Assembly (NCBI GenBank): GCA_963804995.1 | Contig: CAWDSK010000009.1 | Location: forward strand, 128,001-192,000 | Origin: an uncultured Acidobacteriota bacterium | Lineage (GTDB): Bacteria > Acidobacteriota > Terriglobia > UBA7540 | Length of the DNA: 64,000 bases | Direction of reading: 5' to 3' | Shown here: piece after piece, positions 1-8,676 of the stretch | Numbering within the stretch: position 1 is the stretch's first letter | Layout: every line of letters starts with the position of its first letter | Notes under the pieces: model-generated | The model's input: only the letters and a program-made list of their open reading frames with translations | What the model was told of the DNA's origin: nothing | The model's database searches: none | Position numbers and translations under genes: made by a program

Positions 1-206
1 TTCCTATTGTTCTTATCGTTGAGGGCAGCCTGCGAGATGATTTCAATCGGCACCAGCCCCGCCCCCACTTCCTGTTGGGCCACCCGCGTCGACTTCTTCG
101 TGGGGGTTTGAAGCAAAGGCTTGGCGCCCGCCTGCAATTGTCGTGCGCGTTTGGCCGCAACCAAAATGAAACGGAATTTGCTATCCAGGCTCTGAGGTAT
201 TTCCAT
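1..206 (-). CDS. rpoZ: RNA polymerase omega subunit (3' end runs off the window)
   Basis: Manual translation MEIPQSLDSKFRFILVAAKRARQLQAGAKP matches the omega motif (S-K/R-F..V.AAKRARQL); lies directly downstream of gmk. Confidence 0.9.
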   Translation of the reverse strand, partial: MEIPQSLDSKFRFILVAAKRARQLQAGAKPLLQTPTKKSTRVAQQEVGAGLVPIEIISQAALNDKNNR

Positions 207-212
207 TCGTTG

Positions 213-860
213 TTATCCTCCAAAACTTCCGAGAATTTTCCGGGCTCGTGCCGCCTGATTGAGGCGGCGGAATCGCGCCGCGCGAACGATCGCCCGCAAC
301 GCTTGGGCGGCGTTGTCCAAGCGGTCGTTCACCACCAGGTAGTCGTATTCCCGCCAGTGGGCAATTTCTTTGTGCGCCGTGTGCAGCCGGCGCTCGATCT
401 CTTGCGGCGCGTCGGAGTGGCGATCCCGCAGGCGCCGCTCCAGCTCCGGGAAGGAGGGCGGCAGGATGAAAACGCTGATTGCCTCCGGAAGCCGCTTGCG
501 GACCTGGGCATGACCCTGCACATCGATGTCAAGCAGGATGTCGCGCCCTGACTCCTGCGCCATCCGCAATTGCTTACGGGCTGTGCCGTAGAGATGGCCG
601 TAAACCTCGGCCCACTCCACAAACTCGCGGCGGGCAATCATGCCTTTGAAAACCCTCCGGGACACGAAGCAGTAGTCCCGGCCTTGCTTTTCACCCGCGC
701 GCGGTCGGCGTGTCGTGTAGGAAACCGAAAAACGCAGGCCAGGTACAGCCGCCAGCAGTCGCTTGATCAGGGTCGATTTCCCTGAGCCCGACGGCGCCGA
801 TATCACCAGGATGCTGCCCCGCACCACCGAATTTCTTGTCTTGTCTGTCGCCTTCGCCAT
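213..860 (-). CDS. gmk: Guanylate kinase
   Basis: SAPSGSGKST P-loop, SYTTRRPR, YGT and LDIDVQG motifs. Start set at ATG 860 because the longer ORF extension reads through a heptamer repeat. Confidence 0.95.
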   Translation of the reverse strand: MAKATDKTRNSVVRGSILVISAPSGSGKSTLIKRLLAAVPGLRFSVSYTTRRPRAGEKQGRDYCFVSRRVFKGMIARREFVEWAEVYGHLYGTARKQLRMAQESGRDILLDIDVQGHAQVRKRLPEAISVFILPPSFPELERRLRDRHSDAPQEIERRLHTAHKEIAHWREYDYLVVNDRLDNAAQALRAIVRAARFRRLNQAARARKILGSFGG

Positions 861-870
861 GGTGACAAGC

Positions 871-1022
871 GGATTGCCGATTTTCGATTGTCGATTGTCG
901 ATTGCCGATTGCCGATAGGAGGTCATCAGGGTTCGGTTATCAGTGGTCAGTTGGGGCCTTCATTGAGAACTGATAACTTAATACTGAGAACTTCCACTGT
1001 TTTCAATCGACAATCGACAATC
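871..1022. repeat. Nested inverted heptamer arrays (TCGATTG...CAATCGA around TATCAGT...ACTGATA)
   Basis: Tandem 7-mers at 871-917 with their reverse complement at 1003-1022; inner pair at about 935-953 and 969-991. Confidence 0.85.
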
Positions 1023-1031
1023 ACCGTTCCT

Positions 1032-1928
1032 TCACTCGATGTTCTGCGCTTGCTCGCGCAGTTTTTCGATTTCCGTCTTCATCTCGATGGCCTGCCGCGT
1101 GATCTCCAGGCCAACCTCGGGAACGTCCGTGGTCTTGGAAAGCAGCGTGTTGGCCTCGCGATTCATTTCCTGGAGCAGGAAATCGAGTTTCTTGCCGACT
1201 TCCGTACTTTCACTCAAGAGGTGGCGCAGTTGGTCCAGATGACTTTGGAAGCGCGTAAGTTCCTCGGCAATATCGGAACGCGAAGCCAGGAACGCCACTT
1301 CCTGCGCCAGGCGCGCACCGTCAATTTCCACGTTGCTCGCGAGCTCGCGCACCCGGCCTTCCAGCCGCTGCCGATAGTATTGCGGCACCTTTTCCGCGAG
1401 CTTGGAAACGCTGGCGCGCAACGACTCCAGCCGCGCCAGCCGGGCTTGCACGTCGCGTTCCAGCGACTCGCCTTCCCGGTCGCGCATGCCGTTCAGTTTT
1501 TCGATTCCTTCCGCCAGGAGGCGCTCCAGGGCTTGCCGGATGCGCTCAAAGTCCTCGGGTGCGAGTTCGCTGGTGCCGGTGACAACCAAACCGGGGATGC
1601 GCAAAAGTTCCATCACGTCCGGCTCCGCGGCCCGGCCGAATTCCTTCCGCAGCGCCTGGTAAGTGGCAACGTAGCCAGCCAGAAGTTTGCGATCGAGCTG
1701 AATTTCCGTCGACCCTGCCCGCGCCAGGCTGACGGAAACCTCCACGTGCCCGCGTGCGACACCCTCTTTGAGCACCCGGCGGATCAGCGCTTCAAAGGCA
1801 TCGAGGCCCGAGGGCAAACGCACCTGGAGGTCGAGAAAGCGGTGGTTGGTGGCGCGCATGGCCACTGCAAGCGAGAACCCCGCTTCCTCAGCTTCCACCC
1901 GGCTGTAACCTGTCATGCTGCGAATCAT
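1032..1928 (-). CDS. yicC: YicC/YloC family endoribonuclease
   Basis: MIRSMTGY N-terminus, NHRFLD, GKKLDFLLQEMNREANT and EKLREQAQNIE. Confidence 0.95.
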   Translation of the reverse strand: MIRSMTGYSRVEAEEAGFSLAVAMRATNHRFLDLQVRLPSGLDAFEALIRRVLKEGVARGHVEVSVSLARAGSTEIQLDRKLLAGYVATYQALRKEFGRAAEPDVMELLRIPGLVVTGTSELAPEDFERIRQALERLLAEGIEKLNGMRDREGESLERDVQARLARLESLRASVSKLAEKVPQYYRQRLEGRVRELASNVEIDGARLAQEVAFLASRSDIAEELTRFQSHLDQLRHLLSESTEVGKKLDFLLQEMNREANTLLSKTTDVPEVGLEITRQAIEMKTEIEKLREQAQNIE

Positions 1929-1930
1929 AG

Positions 1931-2135
1931 AAAGCTCTCAGCTTTCAGCCATCAGCTATCAGCGCTCGGCGATCAGCCATCAGCTCTCAGCTATCAGCGC
2001 TCAGCTAAACCCTGCTTGAAGCAGAATTCGTGCCAGCTTCCCCGCATTCCTTGCAACCGCCGCAGGCCTCTCGCACGGTAGCCAAGAGCTGAAAGCTGAT
2101 AGCTGAGAGCTGATAGCTGATCGCTGATAGCTGCT
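1931..2135. repeat. Inverted heptamer arrays (TCAGCTA-type / GCTGATA-type) around a ~75-bp spacer
   Basis: About 10 degenerate units at 1931-2007 and about 7 reverse-complement units at 2085-2135. Confidence 0.9.
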
Positions 2136-2140
2136 CTTCC

Positions 2141-3952
2141 TCACGGCTCAACATCCACGAACTGTAAATCGTGCAGGCGCTGATAAATGCCCCCGCGGCT
2201 GACCAAATCCTCGTGCGCCCCGACTTCGCAGATAGCGCCGCGGTCGATCACCACGATGCGATCGGCGCGGCGCACGGTGGAGAGGCGATGTGCAATGACC
2301 ACCACGGTGCGGCCCGCCATCAGGTTAGCCAGGGCGCGTTGGACGAGGAGTTCCGATTCCGTATCGAGTTCCGATGTCGCTTCATCCAGGATGAGAAGGG
2401 GCGGATTCTTAAGCAACGCCCTGGCAATGGCGATGCGCTGGCGCTGCCCGCCGGAAAGACGCTGCCCGCGCTCGCCGATGATCGTCTGGTACCCGAGCGG
2501 CATTTCCAGGATAAACTCTTCCGCCAGAGCCACGCGCGCCGCCTCCTGCACCTGCTGCTCCGTCGGCCAGCGGCTGCCATAGCAGATGTTGTTGTAGACG
2601 GTGTCGTTAAAGAGAATCGTCTCCTGGGTGACGATGCCGATCTGGGCGCGCAGGGAATTAAGCTGCACGTCGCGAAGGTCGTACCCATCGATCGTAATGC
2701 GGCCGCCCGTGACATCAAAGAAGCGCGGAATCAGGTTGGCCATCGTGGTCTTTCCGGCCCCACTTGACCCCACCAGCGCTACCACCTCGCCTTTGCCGAT
2801 ATGCAGGTTGATGTCGCGCAGCAAGGGGACTCCGTCCTCGTAGTCGAACTCCACTTGTTCGAAGACAATCTCGTGATGGAAGGGAGGCAGACTGATGGCC
2901 GCGGGTTTATCCACCATTTCCGGTTTGGCGTCCAGGTAATGAAACACTTGCTCGGAGGCGCCGAGCGCCTGCTGATAGGAGTTGCTGACGCCCGTCAGCC
3001 GTTTCACCGGCTCGTAGGATTTCAGCAGCGCGAAAAGGAAGCCGATGAAGCCCCCGGTGGTTTGCATGTGGTGGAGGATCAACCGGCGTTCGTAATACAG
3101 CAGGCCGGCGATGGTCATGGCCCCCAGAACTTCCATGAGCGGCGAGGATACCGCCTGGGCTCGCACCCACCGGAGGCTTACCCCCAGCAGGCGGCGCGTG
3201 GCAGCCTTGAATTTCGCCACTTCAAACGATTCCATGGCGAAGGCCTTCACGATGCGGATGCCCGAAAAGGTCTCCTGCAGGACATTGTTCAGCTCCCCCA
3301 TCTTATCCTGGCTGCTACGGCTGGAGGCGCGAATGTAACGTCCGAGCTTCGCCGAGGGGAAAACCACCAGCGGAATCAAGAACATGGAGATGAGCGCCAG
3401 CCTCCAATCATAATAAAAGAGCGCCCCCAACAGAAATACCAAGGTGAACGATTGCTTCAGCATATCCGCCGCGGTTTGCGAAACGGCAAACTGAATACGT
3501 TCGATGTCACTGGTGATGGCTGACATCAAGCGGCCCGTCGGGTTTCTGTGAAAGAAGGAAATGGATTGCTCAATGAGCTTGGAATACAAAAGATTGCGCA
3601 GGTCACGCACTACCGAGTGGCCGATATAATTGATGGAGTAAGTCGCCAGGAATTCCGAAATCCCTTTGGCCAGCGCTACGCCGATGATGGTGATCGCCAC
3701 CACGGTCCAAACATTGTGGATGAAGTGGGGAAGAATGTCCTCAAGGTATACCGTGCGATGTAGGTAGGATATTTGAAACAGGATAATCCCTGAAGTGGAA
3801 GCGTTGGGCGCGAGGACGACATCGATGATCGGCTTGATGAGCAGCGCGGTGACCCCCTCGGAGGCCCCCACGACGACCATCAAGCAGACCGCCAGGAACA
3901 AGCGGAAGCTGTAGGGCCGTATAAAACCGAGCAGGCGTTGAACTTGACTCAT
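2141..3952 (-). CDS. msbA: MsbA-like lipid A export ABC transporter (permease + ATPase)
   Basis: N-terminal TM domain, GSSGAGKT, LSGGQRQR, LILDEATS, IAHRLST. Confidence 0.8.
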   Translation of the reverse strand: MSQVQRLLGFIRPYSFRLFLAVCLMVVVGASEGVTALLIKPIIDVVLAPNASTSGIILFQISYLHRTVYLEDILPHFIHNVWTVVAITIIGVALAKGISEFLATYSINYIGHSVVRDLRNLLYSKLIEQSISFFHRNPTGRLMSAITSDIERIQFAVSQTAADMLKQSFTLVFLLGALFYYDWRLALISMFLIPLVVFPSAKLGRYIRASSRSSQDKMGELNNVLQETFSGIRIVKAFAMESFEVAKFKAATRRLLGVSLRWVRAQAVSSPLMEVLGAMTIAGLLYYERRLILHHMQTTGGFIGFLFALLKSYEPVKRLTGVSNSYQQALGASEQVFHYLDAKPEMVDKPAAISLPPFHHEIVFEQVEFDYEDGVPLLRDINLHIGKGEVVALVGSSGAGKTTMANLIPRFFDVTGGRITIDGYDLRDVQLNSLRAQIGIVTQETILFNDTVYNNICYGSRWPTEQQVQEAARVALAEEFILEMPLGYQTIIGERGQRLSGGQRQRIAIARALLKNPPLLILDEATSELDTESELLVQRALANLMAGRTVVVIAHRLSTVRRADRIVVIDRGAICEVGAHEDLVSRGGIYQRLHDLQFVDVEP

Positions 3953-4002
3953 CCCGTCAACCGCCCCCAGGCGGAACTAACTCTAATCCACTCAAAATAG
4001 GT

Positions 4003-4031
4003 ATGTTAGCCATCGAAGAGGGCTTCGTCAA
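4003..4031 (-). promoter_or_regulatory. Putative sigma-70 promoter for msbA
   Basis: TTGACG-N17-TAACAT on the minus strand about 50 bp upstream of the ATG. Confidence 0.55.
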
Positions 4032-4219
4032 GAAAATAGCGACATGGTTGGCGACCGGCTTGCTCGGCAACCGAAATAAGCCATTTGTTTCTAGATGGTT
4101 GGGAGAGATAAATGAAATAGATGGGCCAGGTACTAAGTAGTAATAAAGCCCTCCACAAGCGCCGTGCCTCTCAAATCGTGGTAGGTCGAATTGTCAGGGT
4201 CGATGTTGGGGGAGGGGTT

Positions 4220-4446
4220 GTAGCATCCCGACCTGTCGGGACACGTGCCGACCCGAAGGTCGGCGCTACAAGTACCAATGTCTGTGACGAACTGCCCTAG
4301 CCCGCAATTCTCACCACGGGCAAGCGAACCGAAGTTTGGAGTGCGGCGACTCGTCGCCGCTTTCCAACGCCGCGACTCGTCGCGGCGAATCACTAAGCGC
4401 TGACGAGTCAGCGCTAGAAAAAGCGGGAGCAAGCTCCCGCACTCCG
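4220..4446. repeat. REP-like palindrome cluster
   Basis: GTAGC...GCTAC hairpin 4220-4270 (reverse copy at 29216-29266) and GGAGTGCG...CGCACTCC element 4338-4446. Confidence 0.75.
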
Positions 4447-4568
4447 AAATTTGACTCCGCGCGCCCGGACAAGCTGTTCGATCGTGGCGGGCGCGGAAAC
4501 CATCAGAAAGGGCCTTTAACGACGGGGGTTAAACCCCACCCTTCCAAAGCCGTGATGGGAAATGCGGG

Positions 4569-5516
4569 CTAAGCAACTTCTAATCCCAGTGCTGCCGCCC
4601 CGTACAGGGGGGAGTAATTCCCCAAAGTCGCGGTAACAATTTCGGTGGAATAAGTAATTGTGGGCGAAGCCAGCTCCTCTAGAGACACGCGCAGGTTCTC
4701 CAGCAGCAGCGCTCCGGACTGTGCCACTCCACCCCCCAGAACGATGAGGTCGGGATTGAGGATGCGGATGACCATGAGCAAGCCGCGCGCCAACCAACGC
4801 GTGGCATCGCGGACAATATGTATGGCGGTGGCATCGCCTTCCGCCGCCGCACGCATTACGACCTCGGCGGTTATGCCGTGGTCGGCGCTGAGCTCCATCA
4901 TACGGGTCACATGTTCCGGGCGGCGCTCCGCCCACTCGCGGCCCAGGGACTCGATGGCCCCTCCGGAGCAGAACGTCTCAAGGCAACCCCGGGCGCCGCA
5001 GGAGCAAATCCGCCCCGAGTCAGACACGGGAATGTGGCCGAGTTCCCCCGCCATGTTATCTTTGCCTCGCAGGAGTTTGCCCTCGTACACCACGCCACTG
5101 CCGATGCCCGTGCTGATCGTGACGTAGACCATCAGCTTCGTACCCCGACCGGCGCCGAAGTAATATTCCCCCAGCGCTCCGGCATTGGCGTCATTGTCGA
5201 GCCGGCAAGGGATTCCCAGGGTTTGTTCGACCCATTTTCCCAACTCGAAGCCCTGCCATCCCGTCGCGTGGACGGAGGTGACCGTCTGGCGCGCGTAATC
5301 CACCGGGCCGCCAAAGCTGAGGCCACAAGCCTTCACGGGCGCATCGGTGTTGGCCATGAGATCTCGGCAACGGGCCGCAAGCTGAGTAAGCATCCACTCG
5401 CGGCCGGCGTTGCGGTCAGTGTCACCTTCAAGTACCAGCAGGCGCCGCCCTTGCTCATCAAACAGGCCGACGCGAAAGTGAGTACCGCCGATGTCTACTG
5501 CCAGCACATTGTTCAA
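4569..5516 (-). CDS. ROK family protein (sugar kinase)
   Basis: AVDIGGT, NDANAGALGE, STGIGSG, GELGH, CSCGARGCLE; TTG start preceded by GGAGG. Confidence 0.9.
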   Translation of the reverse strand: MNNVLAVDIGGTHFRVGLFDEQGRRLLVLEGDTDRNAGREWMLTQLAARCRDLMANTDAPVKACGLSFGGPVDYARQTVTSVHATGWQGFELGKWVEQTLGIPCRLDNDANAGALGEYYFGAGRGTKLMVYVTISTGIGSGVVYEGKLLRGKDNMAGELGHIPVSDSGRICSCGARGCLETFCSGGAIESLGREWAERRPEHVTRMMELSADHGITAEVVMRAAAEGDATAIHIVRDATRWLARGLLMVIRILNPDLIVLGGGVAQSGALLLENLRVSLEELASPTITYSTEIVTATLGNYSPLYGAAALGLEVA

Positions 5517-5530
5517 GCGAGCCTCCAAGT

Positions 5531-5757
5531 TCGGGATACGGGATACGGGAAACGGGGTACGGGACACGGGAAACGGGGTACGGGACACGGGATACGAGCA
5601 TTAGGGAAAGGCAACGCTGTCCCGGCACCCTACACTCTACTGCCCCACTCCGCTTCCAAGCTCACAAGACCCGAATCTCTAACCCCGTTTCCCGTATCCC
5701 GTACCCCGTATCCCGTGTCCCGTGTCCCGTATCCCGTATCCCGAGTCCCGAGTCCTT
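5531..5757. repeat. Inverted heptamer arrays (CGGGAYA / TCCCGTR)
   Basis: About 9 units at 5531-5597 and about 10 reverse-complement units at 5683-5757, between rapZ and the ROK gene. Confidence 0.9.
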
Positions 5758-5759
5758 AG

Positions 5760-6653
5760 TCACTCCCTCCCAATATCCCGGTGCAAGACCTTGCTTTTGT
5801 ATCCTTCGCGCGCGAGCGCGCTGGCCACCTCTCCCGCCAGGAAGACAGAGCGGTGCCGCCCCCCCGTGCAGCCGATGGCGATGGTCAGGTAGCTCTTTCC
5901 CTCCCGCACGTACTGCGGTAAGAGATAAAGTAGCAGACTCATCAGCCGGCTCATGAATTCGCGGGTTTGCGGATAGCTTTCCATGAAGCGGCGCACGCCC
6001 ACATCGCGCCCCGTCTTACTCTTCAAGCGCGGAACGTAGTTGGGATTAGGCAGGAAGCGTACGTCGAACACCAGGTCGGCATCCTGCGGCACCCCGAAGC
6101 GATAACCGAACGAGACCGCCGAGACCAGCATGGATTGGCGCGCCGCGATGCCGCCAAAGCGCGTCTGAATCAGGTCCCGCAATTCGTGGACGTTCAAGCG
6201 CGTGGTGTCAATGACCACGCTCGCGAGCTGGCGCATGGGCTTCAGCAGCACACGCTCCAGGCGAATGCCCTCGCGCACGGGCAGGTCGCGGCCCAGCGGG
6301 TGGGGGCGGCGCGTCTCTTCGAAGCGGCGAATCAGCGCCTTGTCCGATGCTTCCAGAAAGACCAGCGACGGCCGCACCAGCTTGCGGCGCGTCAGGTCGT
6401 GGTAGAGCGTGGGGAGCTGCGAAAGCGCTTCGCCGCCGCGGATGTCCACCACCGCCGCGGCGCGGTCCATGCGACTGCCGGGCTGCTGGCACATCTCGGC
6501 GAACTTGGGGATCAGATCCATCGGGAGATTGTCGACACAGTGGTATCCCAGGTCCTCAAAAGTCTTGAGGACGGAGCCCTTTCCGGAGCCGCTCATTCCC
6601 GTGATGAGCACGAACTGCTTGGGAAGCGCTTTGGCGGAGGATTTCTTCTTCAT
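5760..6653 (-). CDS. rapZ: RNase adapter RapZ (YvcJ/YhbJ family)
   Basis: ITGMSGSGK, CVDNLP, ETRRPHPL, FDVRFLPNP, GCTGGRHRSV. Confidence 0.95.
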   Translation of the reverse strand: MKKKSSAKALPKQFVLITGMSGSGKGSVLKTFEDLGYHCVDNLPMDLIPKFAEMCQQPGSRMDRAAAVVDIRGGEALSQLPTLYHDLTRRKLVRPSLVFLEASDKALIRRFEETRRPHPLGRDLPVREGIRLERVLLKPMRQLASVVIDTTRLNVHELRDLIQTRFGGIAARQSMLVSAVSFGYRFGVPQDADLVFDVRFLPNPNYVPRLKSKTGRDVGVRRFMESYPQTREFMSRLMSLLLYLLPQYVREGKSYLTIAIGCTGGRHRSVFLAGEVASALAREGYKSKVLHRDIGRE

Positions 6654-6759
6654 GTGGAAGCCGGTGGTCCGTTATCAGTCGACAGGGGGATTATGAATTA
6701 GGACGCGGGAATAATGAAGAGGATTTGTGGGGGCGCCTGCGACGGGGCCGGCTGGCGCC

Positions 6760-7050
6760 CTGCATTGCAATACCGTAAATTCTTGTTTTTTTAGCAAACA
6801 TTTTGGGGCGAGTGCTGAAAGTCGCGACTTCGAGACCCCTCATCCGCTTCGTACCTCAGCACCTTCTCCCCTGGGAGAAGGTTGGAAATCAAACCGCCCT
6901 CTCCGAGGGGAGAGGGTGGACCGCCGCCGGCGTTTTCACCAGCCGGGGCGGGACGGGTGAGGGGTTGCTTCGCCATCCGATTAGCGGACGCGCAAGCACC
7001 TACGGGACCGGCTGCACACTTTCTGGAATGGTTGCGGCTCTGCCGCGCTG
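6760..7050 (-). mobile_element. Non-autonomous repeat element with asymmetric ends, copy 1
   Basis: Ends CTGCATTGCAATACCG and GGTTGCGGCTCTGCCGC; close reverse-orientation copy at 30967-31265. Confidence 0.65.
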
Positions 7051-7118
7051 CGCTACCGGCTGGTTTCTTCCACTGAGTGCAGAGGCAAGGCGGGGTTGAC
7101 GAAGTCACCCGCCGATCA

Positions 7119-7573
7119 TTACGGCCCTTCGCTCGCGCCCAGGGCTTCGAGGTCAGCCTGGTCTTTTTTCCTCCCGGTCTTCTGTTTGTTGAGGATCATC
7201 TCTTCACGCCCGATAAAGTTCACTCGAGTTCTCCCACCCAGGCCTCGATTCGGCCCGCCCACGCCTCGTCAAAGGTCACCCCGGTCAGGGAGGTGAGCAG
7301 GTCAATCCGGCTGGGCACAACTCCGAGCTGGATCACACGATAGGAATCCACAAAATCGGCGGCTTTTAAACCGAGTCCGGCGAATCCAAATTCCGCCAAA
7401 GCCGATTCCAACCGCTGGGCGTTATCAGGGGAGTTGCGAACCAGGACGTCAAGGTCGCCGGTGTAACGCGGGAATCCGTGGTGGGCCAGCGCCACCGCGC
7501 CCACCACGACATATTCAACTCCGTGGGAGTTGAGCGATTCGATAAACGCGCGCCAGTCTTCCGGGAGTGGCAT
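7119..7573 (-). pseudogene. Nucleotidyltransferase-fold protein, frameshifted near 7225 (possibly a sequencing error)
   Basis: VVVGAVALAHHGFPRYTGDLD motif; family-type C-terminus (NKQKTGRKKDQADLEAL) continues in another frame to TAA at 7119. Confidence 0.75.
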
Positions 7574-7709
7574 CGCTCTCCTTGTGCGCTATCGCCCGAA
7601 GCTGGAACAGAATCTCCAACCGTTCCGCCGGCGAAAGCCGTCGGTAATATTCGCGCGTGGCTGCGTCCGCCTCGCGGAACGTTCGGAACTTGGTGAGGAC
7701 CGGCTTCAT
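7515..7709 (-). CDS. Small partner protein of the nucleotidyltransferase (TA-like pair)
   Basis: 64 aa with the motif YYRRLSPAERLE; overlaps the nucleotidyltransferase start. Confidence 0.65.
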   Translation of the reverse strand: MKPVLTKFRTFREADAATREYYRRLSPAERLEILFQLRAIAHKESDATPGRLARVYRIAQLPRS

Positions 7710-7795
7710 CCCTTTATTTTATCCCTTGAGGCCCTGAAAATCCTACGGCAAATCATAAGAGAAGGCTGGCGGTGTAGCGGCGAGTTTACCTTGCC

Positions 7796-8176
7796 ATGGG
7801 GAGCTCGAACTTTGGCGCTACCATCCTGGGCGAGGCCGTCAGCGCAGCCGTAGACAACACGACCAAACAATTGGAAGATTCGGCCGGAAAACTACCTACC
7901 AGAGTGATTACGGTTTCAGGTCTGGTCGCCGATGTTACCGGCAACACCATGATCCTTAATGTGGGCACCAAAGCCGGGGTCAAGGTGGGTGACCACTTGG
8001 GCGTCTTCCGCAAAGGCCGGGACATCACCGACCCAGCCACCGGAAAAGTTCTGAAGACGATTAAGACCAGATTGGGCGACGTGACGATTACCGACGCCGA
8101 TGACGCCTCTTCTACAGGCACGTATACCGGGCAAACGCCTGCCCAGGTGGGCGACGTCGTGGAGACCGTGCAGTAG
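7796..8176 (+). pseudogene. C-terminal fragment of a CsgG/HfaB-like protein (FlgT C-terminal-like beta domain)
   Basis: ILNVGTKAGVKVGD and DITDPATGKVL motifs; no signal peptide or N-terminal domain; begins at a REP half-site. Confidence 0.55.
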
Positions 8177-8216
8177 CGGGTGCTTGCCAGTAGGATGCCG
8201 ACGATCAGGGGGTAGG

Positions 8217-8593
8217 GCAGGGCTGCGGGGCCGCAAGGGCAAGGCAAAATGCAAAGTGCAAAAGGCAAAAGTGAAAAGTCCTTGCTGAGGGTGGTTTTCC
8301 GCTGGACCGTGGCCGCCCCCACCTCCGACCCCCTCTGTCGCCGCGGCGACCGAGGGGAGAGTTAATTTGAATTCTTAGCCCTCGCCCCTTTGGGGAAGAG
8401 GGTGGCCCGCAGCCGGCGCTTTCATCAGCCGGGGCGGGACGGGTGAGGGGGGCGCCCCTGAAGCAATCGACGAGCAGCCAGCGAAGCACGATCCAACCAC
8501 AACCAAACGGTCAAACCGTTCTTATTATTGTAATGCAACAAATGACACAAAATCCTTGCTAGAAAACCAAAAATATACGGTATTGCAATGCAG
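8217..8593 (+). repeat. Composite repeat block (asymmetric-ended element, heptamers, CCCTCACCC/CCCTCTCCC hairpin)
   Basis: Ends in GGTATTGCAATGCAG; 8510-8593 aligns with 17800-17880. Confidence 0.65.
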
Positions 8594-8676
8594 AGTCTCG
8601 TGCCCTCCGAGACTCGGATGTCTTAACAGAGTTGGCGTGAGGGGCGGAGGATTGAATGCTCGTCCGGCTCGAAGCA

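Noticed and set aside
861..926. N-terminal extensions of gmk (also ROK 5517-5588, pckA 43675-43812, lptC-like 14186-14296)
   Set aside because: They translate heptamer or REP repeats; better starts with RBS or family-typical N-termini lie downstream
888..2081. 397-aa plus-strand ORF, and similar antisense ORFs at 41866-43689, 16110-17102 and 48348-49424
   Set aside because: They overlap well-supported genes on the opposite strand
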